Shown here piece by piece: positions 42,478 through 57,047 of a stretch of 64,000 nt of DNA; positions within the stretch are counted from its first letter, which is position 1; the number at the start of each line of letters is the position of its first letter. Under the pieces are notes generated by a model that ran no database searches, was not told the DNA's origin, and saw only the letters and a list, made by a program, of their open reading frames with translations. The stretch is from Octopus sinensis (Eukaryota), in contig NC_043003.1 of the NCBI RefSeq assembly GCF_006345805.1, positions 42,222,001 to 42,286,000 of the forward strand, in the 5' to 3' direction. The position numbers and the translations under genes were made by a program.

Positions 42478-43146
42478 CAGTGTATGTATTTATGTATGTA
42501 TATATATATTATATAGCTATCTGTCTATCTACATACACACACATACACACACACACATATATATATCAGTGTATGTATTTATGTATGTGTATATATATAG
42601 TCATGTGGAACCTACTTATTACAACTAAGTTTGTGTATAGATGTATGCGTACGTATATTTATTGAGAAGCTGTTGAGTAAGATAGTGAGTTAATACTTTT
42701 TCAATATTATTCTTTCTTCAAAACTTTATGTTCTAGTCCTGTTCAATTTGATAGCAGCCATTATTGTATTGAATATCTATTGACCATTATTGAGCATAAG
42801 TTTCGTATTCATCGAATAATAATTATCGACTATTTACAGGAGGTAAATAGAAAGAAAAAAATACAGCATCCTACAGAAAAATTCCCGAGTATAAAAAAAA
42901 ATCTCCAAGGATCGATTTTCCTTTTCTTAGAGTAAATAATTGAAGACGGTTGTAACCATTGTTCCCCTCCCTAATTATTCCTGATATTCAGCTTATGTTG
43001 GGGGAATCCTTAGCTCTAAGGATATATTAACTTATTATGCAGTTTTCATCCTGTCTTGGTCAATTATAGAATTTTCCCATGATTGTACTTTTTTTGTTCT
43101 TTTTTTTTTTTTTTAGTAGCTATACATCATGAATGTACTTTCTGAA

Positions 43147-43246
43147 NNNNNNNNNNNNNNNNNNNNNNNNNNNNNNNNNNNNNNNNNNNNNNNNNNNNNN
43201 NNNNNNNNNNNNNNNNNNNNNNNNNNNNNNNNNNNNNNNNNNNNNN
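43147..43246. other. Assembly gap (100 N)
   Basis: Exactly 100 N, the usual placeholder for a gap of unknown size. Adjacency across it is not guaranteed. Confidence 0.99.
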
Positions 43247-43599
43247 GATTATAGCTTACAGCTACCTTTGAAAAATGCAATAAACAAGATGTTTTCTTTT
43301 CTAATTTGCATATTAGATTATTCATTGCCGTCACTGATTAAGTAAAAACAGTATTGAAACAGAAGTGATATTAAAAGTGTGTTTGTTGAGTATATAGGTG
43401 AAGACGAGGCACTTTATAAGTAGTTTGATTTCCAGTCACATGGATAACGATTCAGGCCCAGAGCGTCACATCTTCGAGACGCGCCTTGTTGTACAGCACC
43501 TGTCAGGAACACAGTCTCGTGACTGGATCTGATACAGAGAAACTGAAAGAATCTCGCCTTATATGTGCGTGTCGGTGAGTGTATGTGTGTGTGCGTGAG

Positions 43600-43647
<48 letters not shown>

Positions 43648-44320
43648 CATGTGTTGTAATTTATGTTTGTAAGTATGTATATAGAGATAATGATGCAAAT
43701 ATACGAATATAGCTGTTTGGGTTAGATATACAAAATATATACATATGTGCACATGTAAATGAAGAGAATGCAAAGGCAAAAAATTTTCAGACCATGAATA
43801 TTGAAGTATAAATATATAGATATTTATATATTAACAGAACACGCTTACATAGAGTACAAAGACACGGGGGAAAAAGAACGGGTGTAGGTACTGCATTCTC
43901 TCTATTTACATGTATATAGGGATATATATTTCTATATCAAACCCAAGCAGTTTTATTTGTTTGTTTGCATTATTGTCTCCATATATGCTCACCTTCGTCT
44001 TATAACCACTCTTGACCCCTCCGACTTGGTCCGCGGCAGAGATTTGGGAGAGTACGTTCAACTCATTAGAGCGCTAAGTGGTGTTTTTCTATATTGAAGG
44101 CCTTTGGATCTCATCTGTTGACCCCAAGTATGTATATATGTGTATATTCTTCTGTTTGTGTTTATCCCCCAACATCGCTTGACCGGTGATGGTTTACATA
44201 TGCCCTCGAATGTTAGCGGTTCAGCAAAAGATTGGGCTGCATTTGTCAATCTTCTTTTGAAAAGGAGAGCCAGATTTACAATATCTTCATGTAACACTAG
44301 TTGCATACCTATCAACCTAT

Positions 44321-44645
<325 letters not shown>

Positions 44646-44879
44646 GAACTGTAATATATATATATATATATTGCCATTTATGATTATTGCGTAATTCTTG
44701 GCTTCCTGAAACTGCTGTTGAATTGAGACATTGCATATTTTCTTTATATATGTATACATTTCATTCTGTATTTACTGTGTCCCGTGTAAATATATCATAC
44801 ATGAAGCCTAACACTGTTTATCTACATTACTCACTCTCTCTCTCTCCCTCACAAGCCAGCCCCATACCCAACTCGTCCT

Positions 44880-45230
44880 GTCGAAAGACCCTTGTCCTAC
44901 GTCCTGGTTTCGTTTTGTTTTTTATTTTTACCGTTATTGTTTTTACGTTTTTGTATTCTTATTGGTGTCACGTATTCTGTATTTTTGTTCGTGTACTTCG
45001 TTCGTTTTCCGTCCTCGTGTTGTATACATTCGAAGCTTTCTTCCAGGGGATCTAATGCGCTTGGCTTAGATTTCCCTTGGCGGGCTGCCCATATCGGAGC
45101 AATCTCAAGATTAATCAGCCGAAATTGCTAAGATGATCTGGTTCTTGACTGATGACTGAGGGCTTCGAATGTCCCGTCCTGTGGTTCTTGTGTCGTCTCT
45201 GTGGTGTTTCATGTTCTTGTCCATGTCTGT
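44880..45230. repeat. Unclassified interspersed repeat
   Basis: GC-richer block (CTAATGCGCTTGGCTTAGATTTCCC...CAGCCGAAATTGCTAAGATGATCTGG) that I recall as a recurrent octopus repeat. Single copy here, so unconfirmed. Confidence 0.4.
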
Positions 45231-47399
45231 AATTATTTTTACTGTTTACCTATATATATATATATATATATGCATATTTTGTGTCTGTATGTGTATGTAT
45301 TGGCGTATAAGATCACATCAAATTCCTTGCGTCGAACGATAATATCCTATGCTATTTCTGTTTGTGTACTGCTTCCCACTGCGACTTAATCTTCTTTCTT
45401 CCTTCTTCAGGGCTCATAAAATATGTTCCGGAAAAAATACTATTCTGTCCATTAAAAATCCGCTAGACGATGCTCCAGCATGGTCAAGCGCAATGACTAA
45501 AATTGGTAAGACAATAAAACAATATAGAATAACTGTATTTAGACATATTATATGTACAGTGTAATAATATTTTCCAGATAATAATCTAAGAATTAAATAA
45601 TTAGGCAATACTCGAACTTTGGTATGGTGGTGGAGTGTTGATGTTACTCAAAGCCTCCTTTGCCGTAATGTCGTTCGCAAAACAGAGAAAAATTATTAAA
45701 ACAGCGGAGTGGAAGGAGGTTATTGAGTCAGAAGTTGAGAGATAGTGCTGCCTAATCGATATTTTATAATCTTGCAGACGTCTTAATATGAAAATTTAAT
45801 ACACATTTGATTGGTATTCTTTGTGTAGTTTATTTGTTTTCTGTGCTTTTTATCTCATGGGTCTTATTGCTGTTGCACACTAATTTCAACACCACCACCA
45901 CCACTACCAACAACAACAACAACAACAGCAACAACAACAGCATCAGCAATAACAATAACAGCAGCAGCAACAACAACGGTGACAACAACAACACCAGCAA
46001 ACTAATAACACAAATAATGATTGTTTCATTAGCCACGCGGGCTCAAGGCTTTGGGGAACAGTACAAAAGATGAAATGCGAAGGGAAACAACAAAGAAATC
46101 TCAGAGGAGAGAGAGAGAGAGAGAGAGGGGGGGAGCAATCAAATGAACAAAGACACGTCAATAAATAGGTAAAACTATCAAAGCAATAAATGAACAAGTA
46201 TGAAAAGCAAAATATATTCTCCCAAATTGGGTTGCAATGATATAAAATGATTTGAGGTGCACCTCACAAATTTCCATTTTTATCCTGCCGCACCAAATGC
46301 AAGCGCCATTTTCTCAGTTCTTGCCGGCAAACTACGGCTGCTTTGTTGTATACAGCCATTAAGCCATGGGTATTTCTCGACTCTAACTCATCTATGATAG
46401 TAGGGAATAGGTGGGTGATTTGGTGAAATTGCGAGGAAAACAACAACTATAATAAAAATAGTAATTGTTCCTTATATAGGCACATGGCATGAAGGAAGAG
46501 ACTTTGTCAATTACATCGACCTCAGTGCCTTATTTCGTCGACTTCCAATGGACGAAAGGAAAATATGACGTCGACGAGTCAACAATTTCTTGTGATCTTC
46601 TCACTGCTTGTTACATATTCGATTCGCGCAAGTGAGGGGAAATATTTTTGTTTCATTTTATTTTTTTAACATGGTGGTTGGGGCGGTTATGTAAGAGTTA
46701 TTACTTTGAGGCAGACTTTGTTCTCTTTTTTTGTTTTCTGCGTTACTCTCGCGTTTCGTTTGTTGTTTTATTGGCAAGTAATTGGACAGAATATGAGTTG
46801 CGAATATGCTATATTAGTTTATCGTGTGGTATGGGGGTTTTGTTATATTGGCAAGCTTTGAGGATAATGTACTGAATGTGTGTTGTGTAAGTTGTGAGAT
46901 GATAGTTTCAGAGGGTAGTCATATAGCCATGATGTATAAAAAAGATGCTATCTTATTGGCTGGCGATTATACTAGGCGTATGCTGTATGAGTTGTGTTGG
47001 GTTTCATACATTGTCTAATATTTAATCTTAGTTTCCTTTCCTGGTTTTTTTTTTACTCCAAAAACGTGTCTATCTCTTATATGATGCCGTACTTGTAGAT
47101 GTAGTGCGGGTGTATAGGATGAAACTAAAATTTCAAACTATTGTTATTTGGTTCAGCATTTAGTTGCACATTTTATATTATTGTTATCCGCGGCAAAAGC
47201 AGGGTTTTTTGATGTAAGGTAAACATTTTCAAAGCACAGCTTCTGGCACATGTTACATTGACACCATAGCATGACTGCATGAAACTCAGGCTATGACATT
47301 CATCTTAAATATTAGAGGAGTGGATTCTGAATTAATTACCGTGTTTATTATTAACCGCCATAAGATGATGGGTGGACATTGGTAGAATCAAGGGCGGTG

Positions 47400-48442
47400 T
47401 ATTGCTAAAACTGGTAGCAATGAAGCATTGTAGATTGGCAGATTTGTTATAGCGTTGGAAAAATGTATTTTTATTATTTTCCGCTGTTTATGCTCTGAGT
47501 CCAAATCTTGCTAAGGTTAAATTTGCTCTTCACTCTTTCGAGGTTAATAAAATATTGTCGATTGGATCAACTATCCATTTATTCACAAAATTACTGGTTT
47601 TCCGCCCAAATCTAAAATACGTGTTATTTTGTTAAACAGTGTGAGATCATCACCATATAATTATTTCCATATAGCTTTCTACTGCTCATCATATTAAACA
47701 AAATAACAGTACTTTCAATATTGTTATGCATGCGGTAAGTGTCTCTGAGTTAATTCTCACAGTATTTTAAATTAATTCGGTTTGGTTTCTTTATGCGTGG
47801 GCTTCATATTATTGTTATTGTTACACGCTGCAGTATGAAATACTATATGCTGTTTATGATAGTAATTTCTCGACGATTATGACAGGGTTAATCGATTAAA
47901 TCGATTACGGAACATGACTTGTTCCTTTATTTGTCGACTTCGGTGAGAATCGAATTCAGAACTGAATGAGGCGGAAGAAATACCGCAAGGTAATTTTCCG
48001 ACGCTCTGACAGATCCGCCGCACTCTACTGTGTACATAATTGTTTCTAATATAGGCAGCATGCCCACAAATTTGACAGAAGTAGGTTTGTGCATGAAATC
48101 AATCTCAGAACTTAACTATTTTATTTTATCTCGGATCGATGAAAGGTAAAGCTGGTCTCGGTGGGATTTGAATTTGTAATAAGAAAATGACAAAGTAATG
48201 AATCTGCTAATCCAATTTGTGTATAATCCTTTCTACTATAGGTACAAGGCCTGTAATTTGTGGGAAGGAGACTAGTCGATTACATCGACCCCAGTGAAGC
48301 ACTGGTATTTAATTTACTGATACCCCAAAGAAAGGTAAAGTCGACGTCGGCGGAATTTGAACTCAGAAGGTAGCGACAGGTGAAATACCGCTGGGCTTTT
48401 TTTTTTGTTCAGTGCGCTAACGATTCGGCCAGCAAACCGCCT
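47400..48442. mobile_element. Cluster of SINE family A copies: one plus (about 47400-47620) and three minus (about 47880-48020, 48040-48180, 48230-48442)
   Basis: Repeated B-box and core remnants in both orientations; the 48230-48442 copy is near complete. Confidence 0.7.
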
Positions 48443-51400
48443 TTTCTAATCTGTGTATAACAATGAATAAAATTTTTTTTTTTGTATACAAAATGTATAA
48501 TTACATATAAGCCCTGTATGCCATAAGTATATTCTTAAGTATTGGTTCTACTTATCTTTTTCGTTTGTTAATTTATTCTTGAATTCAGTGACTATAATTG
48601 AGGGAAGAGGAATTGAAGAAAGTTGGTAAGACCAAGCGAAAGTAGATTCCCTACAATATATATCTATTATTTTCTTTTTCAACTCAACTAAGAGTAAAAC
48701 CAATCTAAAGGTGGTAGGATCTGAATTAGAAAAACAACTGAACTAAATGCTATACTATCTCTTTACTAAAAAAATCCGTTAGCTTCTCATCAAACCTGAT
48801 TGTGCTCACTTCCAAATACTTTCTATACTTTGTAATATGTTCGCGGATTTCATTCTACTTAAGATTTCTTAACATAGATGTACTAAAAAAAGGGTTCACT
48901 CATGTAAACATATCAAAATCATTCTAGTGTTAAACACTTTTCTCAGCTTCGGTTGAAAAATATACAACTCTGTATATTCATTTAGTGATTTATTCGCTAA
49001 AATTCTAACATTCATTACAACATTTTATTTTTTCTGAATATCATAAAGGCAGCTGAAATGACTGAATGTAGCATTGTTATTGCCATAAAGACCTAATATT
49101 ATTAATGAATATAATCTTTATTTTGACACCATATATTTACCGCAATTTCGTCTTTTTCGTATGTTCCAATCACTAAAAATATTTTCATTTATCAAGTGAA
49201 GTCAAGTCAGTTTGGACGAACTCCTGAATAGTGAATATCGCTGGAATATTTCTCATATTATACTTGATAAGATATATCTTCAACATTTGCTGTCTGTTCA
49301 ACTAGACAATAATTATTGGGTAACATTTGTTCCGCACGATAGCTGAGTTATATCGACTTTGGCATAAAAAAATACAGAGATAATTCTTCTTTTCCGTTAC
49401 AGGTAGTTTTGGATCTAGTAAGCATAGAATATATTTGGATCGTTGCCATTCAACATTTCAAAGATAACTTTAGCAGTCTGTACAGCCAAATGTAATGTCT
49501 ACGGAGATAAAGTCTCTAACAATTGGAGTTATCCGCTTTCAATGCGAATACAGTAATTGGGCTAAGATAAATGAAGCATTTTCTTTACACTAACCTTATT
49601 AAAATTGTTTTCTTTTTCAACAATTTTCATTATCGCTACATTTAAACTACAGACTGTAGTCGAGATAAGAAAGAAGACATGCCAACGCTAGCGAAAGAGA
49701 CAAGCCAGCAAGGGAAACAAGCCAAGAAAAGCATCTACATGGTCACTTGCTCTGGCAGAAATAGAAGCAAAATTTCTCTTAAATCACGACCTTTCAGCAA
49801 AGAAGACAGGCTTATCAAAAAACACGCCGGATGATACATATTCGATATATTGTGCATGCAAAAAGTGGAATTGGACAAGATTGGATAGCTTTCAATAAAA
49901 GATCTGTTCAATATGTACCAATTTGCCTTTCATCCTTCTGTGGTCAATAATAAGTACAAATCCGGGATTGTAGATTCGTGGAACGTTGAGAAAATCGACC
50001 GGATGGCTTGCCGTATTCGGATTTGTTCAGGCTGTTTCTATGCTAAATTTATATCCAACCGTAGCCTCCATGGTGATTGACTTAATCCGTGATTTGATTT
50101 AATGTAACCATTAAACTCACTTGTGTAGGAGCATGTGTTAGAAAGATTGTGGTTTCGATTCCTGGACCAGGTGATGCATATTATGTTCTTGAGCAAAACA
50201 CTTCATTTCACGCTGGTGGTAAAAATGAACAATCCTGCGACGATCCGACGTCCCGTTCAGGTAGGAATATATACATCAGAGGAACTGGGAAACCGACACT
50301 GTGCTCCTTACAGATTAATGTGATTTAACGACCATTTAGCTCATTTGTTGCCTTGAGTAGACCCCATAATGTTGCTTGAAAGCCTACCAGGTCTCTGGTG
50401 TGGGGATACACTCTCTATTTTCCTCCTACTGGTTTTAGAAGCCCTGTAAAAGTTCTTCATGAACCCTGCCTACACCCCTGACTAAAAGATGAAAAGAAAG
50501 AATCATGAGACGAAAATACAACAATAACTGGTTAAAGATTTTCCAGAGGCTTTCAGAAGATACAATTTTCTTTGAACAAAGAAAGGTGACATTTATCAAC
50601 ATTATTTCGTGGAACATTTGCACCATAGAAAGGTCATTCTAATCATATGAAACAGAAATATAAATTCACTTCTATTTTGATTTATTTCTGTATGGTATCA
50701 CATACTATAAAGAGTGCAAATGTTTCATTGTGTATATACGAGACATTGTGTATATACGAGACAATTCCACAGTATCCATTTTAGGTGTGATTGAATTCTA
50801 TGAGTTAGCACGTCGAATACATAAGATGAAACATATTGATACTTTGTATATATTGTAGTATTCAAAACTATCAAGATAAAAAGCAAAGGAGCGTGATAAC
50901 AATGATACGATATATCTATGAGTTTCAGAGCACATAAATACAAACATGCGTGCATGGATACACGTTCGTGCGTGTACATACATACATACATAAATACATA
51001 TGTGTACATTTGTGTGTAGGTGTGTGTGTGTGTGTGTATAGAAAAGGAAATAGGGAAACAGATAAATAGATAAATAGATAGATAGATGGATAATCAGACA
51101 GATAGATATGTAGATAGATAAGATATATGATTGCATACATATATAAATACCTGCATACATACATGAATGCATGCATGCATACAATTGGCAAGAGCAAAGT
51201 ATAACCTAAAAGTAATGGAAATAAAGTAAAGGATTCTGTATTCAATATTTTGTTATTATATTGTGTAAATGACGACAGTCGAAATGTCACACATCTAATA
51301 TGAATGTGAGAAAAAGATGATAGAAAGAAAGAAGCAAAATGGACGATTAAACGAAGGCTCAGATGTCATCAGAAAACAATAAAAGTAACTAAAACAAGCC

Positions 51401-51718
51401 AAAAAAAATTGTACTAAAGGAGAAAATAGAAAGAGAGAAAAAGAGAAAACTTAATATGAACGAGAAAAAAATGATGGACAAACTCAATAAATCTTTGCTA
51501 GACTATTAAGAAAGGAGTCGGTTGGAACTGATAGGAACAATAAGAAATAAAAATGTAAAAGAATAACATAAGAAAACAAGAGATAATTCAAATATCTGAG
51601 AAACCACAGTGGTGTCCTGTTAGATGCTAATGTTTCTACGGTCATAAAATGGCGCTTTTAACTCAAAATGCATTATTGCACAGCTAAATGTCAACTATAG
51701 AGGTAATAACGATAGTAG

Positions 51719-51719
<1 letters not shown>

Positions 51720-51797
<78 letters not shown>

Positions 51798-51940
51798 AAG
51801 AAGAAGAAGAAGACGGAGAAGAAGAAAGAAGAAGAAGAAGAAGAAGAAGAAGAAGGAGAAGAAGAAGAAGAAGAAGAAGAAGAAGAAGAAGAAGAAGAAG
51901 AAGAAGAAGAAGAAGAAGAGAAATATAATAATAATAACGG
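51720..51940. repeat. (AAT)n-(AAG)n compound repeat with a long purine tract
   Basis: About 150 bp of nearly pure GAA (triplex-prone); source of the poly-R/K and poly-S ORFs. Confidence 0.97.
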
Positions 51941-52176
51941 TAGCAATTAAAAATTTAAATTGAATTTTACATGAAACAAAAATTAGACAAACGCAATAAA
52001 ATGCGCAACAAAAAATAATTGAGAAATCTTTTATAATAATGTTTCTTTTTTACGTTTAGTTTTAGTTTTAGGTTTTAGGTTTTTAATGAGACATGAAACG
52101 CAGTCATGAAACAGAACACATAAGCTGATACAGAAGCTCTTATAACTGAACACACACACATACACAGACAGACACA

Positions 52177-52257
<81 letters not shown>

Positions 52258-52278
52258 ACACAACACACACACACACAA

Positions 52279-52317
<39 letters not shown>

Positions 52318-53267
52318 AAGAAATTCTTGCAGACACAGAAATACAGACGCAAGAAGACACATAGAGGGAATCTTAGGCAATAAGCAGAACTGTATATGAA
52401 TATATAGAGAGGGAGAGGACCCTCTCAATCTTACACACACACACACACATACACACACACACACACACACACATGAGCACACGCACAAATATAGAGACAC
52501 AGATTGATGCGAATTAAATAGAAAATGGCTCCACACACACACACAAATAATATAGACTTACACTGATGCGATTTAGATCGAAAACAGCTTCACACACACT
52601 CACATGCACACACAACTATAAATAGACACACACTGATGCGAATTACATCGAAATTGGCTCCACACAAAAACCTAACGCACACCCGCAAATATACACACAC
52701 ACAAACAGAACCCAGAGAAGGACACACGTGTGTAGCCGTACACATGAAAATAAACAAGACAACGAAGTAGTGGGTGTCTTATATGGTCACTGAATACGTT
52801 AGAAATAGCAAGGAAGCTTTACTTCAGAGCATACCCTACCGACTTAACAAACGTTAAATATAAGTCCAATCCGAAATAAGATTGGATGGCCATGGTAGGA
52901 ACGCTTTTGTCTCTTGCCTGTGAGAAAGGATTATGCCTAGAGGAAAATTACATCAACGTTAACAAGAATATCATACATACATGCAAACAGACAGAGACAC
53001 TCCCCACTACAGTCTGGTCCCACCTACATAGACACCAGTCAAAGTGATGCATCCAAAGTGCCACACACTCCAATCTCACAGATATAACATACATCCACTG
53101 CCATCCACAAACATACACTCGTACGGTCTTTCGTGTACTCGCCTTCATACATTCGCATATAAGCACACGAGCATACGCACATTCAAACGTAGACATTGAC
53201 AAATAATATGCACATATACAGACACGTGGACAGCTATATATATATGTGTGTATATATATATATATAT

Positions 53268-53327
<60 letters not shown>

Positions 53328-54790
53328 CACTTTTACACAGATGCAGATTACTTATGCAGACACATTCACATACTTACATACATACACACACACATATATA
53401 TATATGTGTGTGTGCGCGCGCGCGTGTGTGTGTACATAATACGCGCATACAAACATACATACATACATAACACGTGCATGCACACGGGCAGAGCAATGAA
53501 AGTCACTACGTCTGAACTTACAAAAATAATAGAAAACAGCAAAATTAGTGAGAGAGACGCAGGAGAGAAATGGGTGAGACGCGGGAGAGAAGAGGAGAAA
53601 AATTGGGAGAGACGAGAGGAAGAAGTGGGAGAGACCAGGATGAAGTTGCTGGACTAATTGTGTGTCATAAATTCCGATAAGATGCCATGTCATACGTCAA
53701 TCTAGAGCTGTAATTTCTACTTGATATTACAGGACTAATTTCCATCTAAAACCAATGAAACGAGCCACTAAGAATTATTAAATGTCCAAATGACTGAGAT
53801 GAGTTATTGTTTATGCAATTATAATTTTTGTTTTTATTATCTGCTTCAGTTTTAGAATTTTTTTTTTAATGAACATTTATATTACGTTTCGATTGGTATA
53901 ATCTATAGTGGTCATCAGGTGCCTTATTTATCCATACATGTTTTCATGCGAAATAGGTTTATTGCGTGTCCTCTAAAGTGCAGCAGCTCTGATTGAAATA
54001 CATGTAATGTTCCCTCAGAAATAAGTCGTCCCTTTTTGACCCCCACTTGGCAGTCGGCTCCCATCCTTGGTTCCGTGAAGGAAGGTTCCTATCCGTGATT
54101 CCAAGTTGAAACCTTTTAAACGAGTAACAATAGGGACCCAGTGGAGCTTAATCTTAGAACAGAACCCTAGAAAATGAAATCTATTTTCAGTTAGCTATAC
54201 AAAAGGATATAACTATACATAAATATCCTTGAATTTAAGAGAAAACAATGCACAACCCGGGTGATTGTTAAAGATTCATTCAACAAAGAATAAACACTTT
54301 TACTTTGTTATCTCCACTATCTAATTATTTTATGGTTACTACAATATCATTTGCCCCTATGAAAAGCTCCACTCTAAAAGATGCCTAATTTCCCTAATTT
54401 CGTTTCGTGCTGTATTGTACGAAACCCGTCCGTTCTTGACTAGCTCTTCTCGTAACATATCAATTGTTCTTTCTTTTTGTGAAGAGGTTGATATCCATTT
54501 GCTCTAACCCCTTCATTTGTGGAGAAAGGAATTTATATATTATCACCACAACTCTTCTCAAGGTACGAAATAGCCGATTCCATCATAGAGAGAAAGTGGA
54601 GAGGAAGTGAAAGATGGAGAAGTACCCTTGTGTCAGAGTGAAAGAGGGAAATTTATTTATGGATTCCGAAAGTGGTGAGCGTCAAAGTTATCTTTTGCGG
54701 AGTTTGAACTCAGATTGCTGAGAGCCAAAACAAATAACACACAGTAATGACTCCACTAGTATGCCATATTGCATGACACAATACTCAACT

Positions 54791-55037
54791 TACTCCTCCT
54801 CGACTTACGACCTATGCGTCTTACGACCATCCGCAATTATGACCACAAAAAATAAGAAAACAAAAAATAAAACCCAGGCATCCATTGCCTGCCACTGACT
54901 TTCACCCAGTCGCTTTCAAACATTAGTTGCGTTTCAATGAAAATAGTGTTCAAAAATATAATTTCGACATATAACAAGATCGACTTACGACCAGTCAGTC
55001 GGAACGAAACTCGGCCATAAGTCGAGGAGAAGGTGTA
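54791..55037. mobile_element. pogo/Tigger-like MITE
   Basis: Imperfect terminal inverted repeats (TCCTCGACTTACGACC ... GGCCATAAGTCGAGGAGA), internal repeats of CTTACGACC, TA at both ends, no ORF. Confidence 0.65.
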
Positions 55038-56060
55038 TAAGTTTTGGAGTCAATGGCTAACGTAGGAGCACTAGTGGTAAAAAGGAAGTTGCGATAAAAT
55101 GCAACACCAAAGTTGGGGGGCACATACCACTTCTCTTGTGTATAAGCAATAAAAATACCATAATGCTTTTAGCCTTAAAAGATTATATGTAAATGAACAC
55201 AAAAACAAGCTATAAAAGGAATATGAATAAAAACTGTCAGATTATTATTGATAAATGTAACATTACCACCAAAAATAAATACCATTTTATGATGTATAAT
55301 AGTGTGATCGAATCAGAAGCTGGGATGGAGATAATAACACGTACGTTGGTGTTTGCTAACGGTTAGCGTGATGTAGTTAAGTAACTTAGTATGGTAATGA
55401 ATAAATAAAAGGAACTGGGTTTTACTATCGAGAGTTTTGATTAGAAATATACGTATATACATTAATATATACGCTTATACATAAACATATGCATCCATTC
55501 TCTCTCACACACGCACATATATATATATATATATATACATGTACATTCATACACACACACGCACACACATATATGTACATCTGGGTGTATATGTATGTGT
55601 GTATGTATGTATGTATTATGTATGTATGTATGCATGCATGTATGTATGTATGTATGTATGTATGTATGTATGTATGTATGTATGTATGTATGTATGTATG
55701 TATGTATGTATGTATGTATGTATGTATGTATGTATGTATGTCTTTGTGTGTATGTGATTTGCACAATAGAGATTTGATAATGTTTTGGAGTACGAATGGT
55801 TTGTTGAAAGATAGTTTACGTGTTATTTTTTTTTTGTCCTTACATTTTTTTTCTTCTATTTTGTTGTGGCTTTCCTTTTATCTCGATCTAATTACTAGTT
55901 TAATTAAAAAGCATTGTAATTTGAGTAAAGCAGACGGCAGTATATAGTGAGGATGTGTTGAGCAGACCAGTGTGTGGATTGGATCAAAAATAATGGTAAG
56001 TAGAATTTCATGTTGGTGTTAAACGAGACGCTTCAATTAGAGAAATTCACCAATACCAAC

Positions 56061-56106
<46 letters not shown>

Positions 56107-56999
56107 CACACACACACACACACACTCATTCTCACACACATAAACCGTTTCGCTTTCGGTTTCCTTCTCCTTTTTCATCTTTTTCACATTTTGCAGTCTT
56201 TCTTCTTCCTCATCAATCTCACTTCCCACTTCACTTTTTTTTATATATATATTATTGCTTTCCTTTCCTCTTATTTTATTTTATTTTATTTTATTTTATT
56301 TTATTTTATTTTATTTCCGAAGAGATCACTATTCGAAAGCAATGAACTAGTGAAATATGTTCAAGACAGCTGCTAGCTAGCATAGTGCTATACAAAGATC
56401 TAATTTAGTTGTCTGTTGTTTTAGAATCTTGATCGCTTTTGGCTCAAAGAGGTAAACAATTATTCTGTAGTGGTCAAAGGTTAACTTATTTAGCCTATTG
56501 GAAAGAATTTGTTTGATTTGGTGCCAGCAACTGGAACAATTCTCCAATAATTTCCACTTGATAAAAATCTTTTGAAATTTTTTCATTAGTATGAATCTAT
56601 ATATGTTGACACCTCTCATTCTTAATGATTTTTTCATGTTAGAGTAGAAAACAAAATTGCATTTTAACCCATTTAAAGTAATTTTTCAGTTAATACTATG
56701 CACGCGCACATAAGCAAAAAGTCAGATAATTGTGACACAACAAAGTTATGCTAATAACTTTTACATTTAACTTGTAGATATGCGTGGATAACACCCATAC
56801 ATATACGTGTACATACACATACACATATATATATGTATGTGTGTGTTTGTGCCTGTGCAACCAGTTGAGAATCTAGAGGGCAACGGACTCGACAGAACAC
56901 AGCAAAGAAATTATCTGTGCAGGAGCGCGACTGTATAGCAGAGGTATGAGAATGCATACGCATCGATATTTACTTACGCACACACACACACACACACAT

Positions 57000-57047
<48 letters not shown>

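Noticed and set aside
43113-43345. ORFs spanning the N gap
   Set aside because: Artefacts of translating Ns.
46254-46267. 14-bp palindrome TGAGGTGCACCTCA
   Set aside because: Isolated and short, with no supporting context.
50726-50763. 18-bp tandem duplication CATTGTGTATATACGAGA
   Set aside because: An ordinary slippage duplication with no inserted element between the copies.
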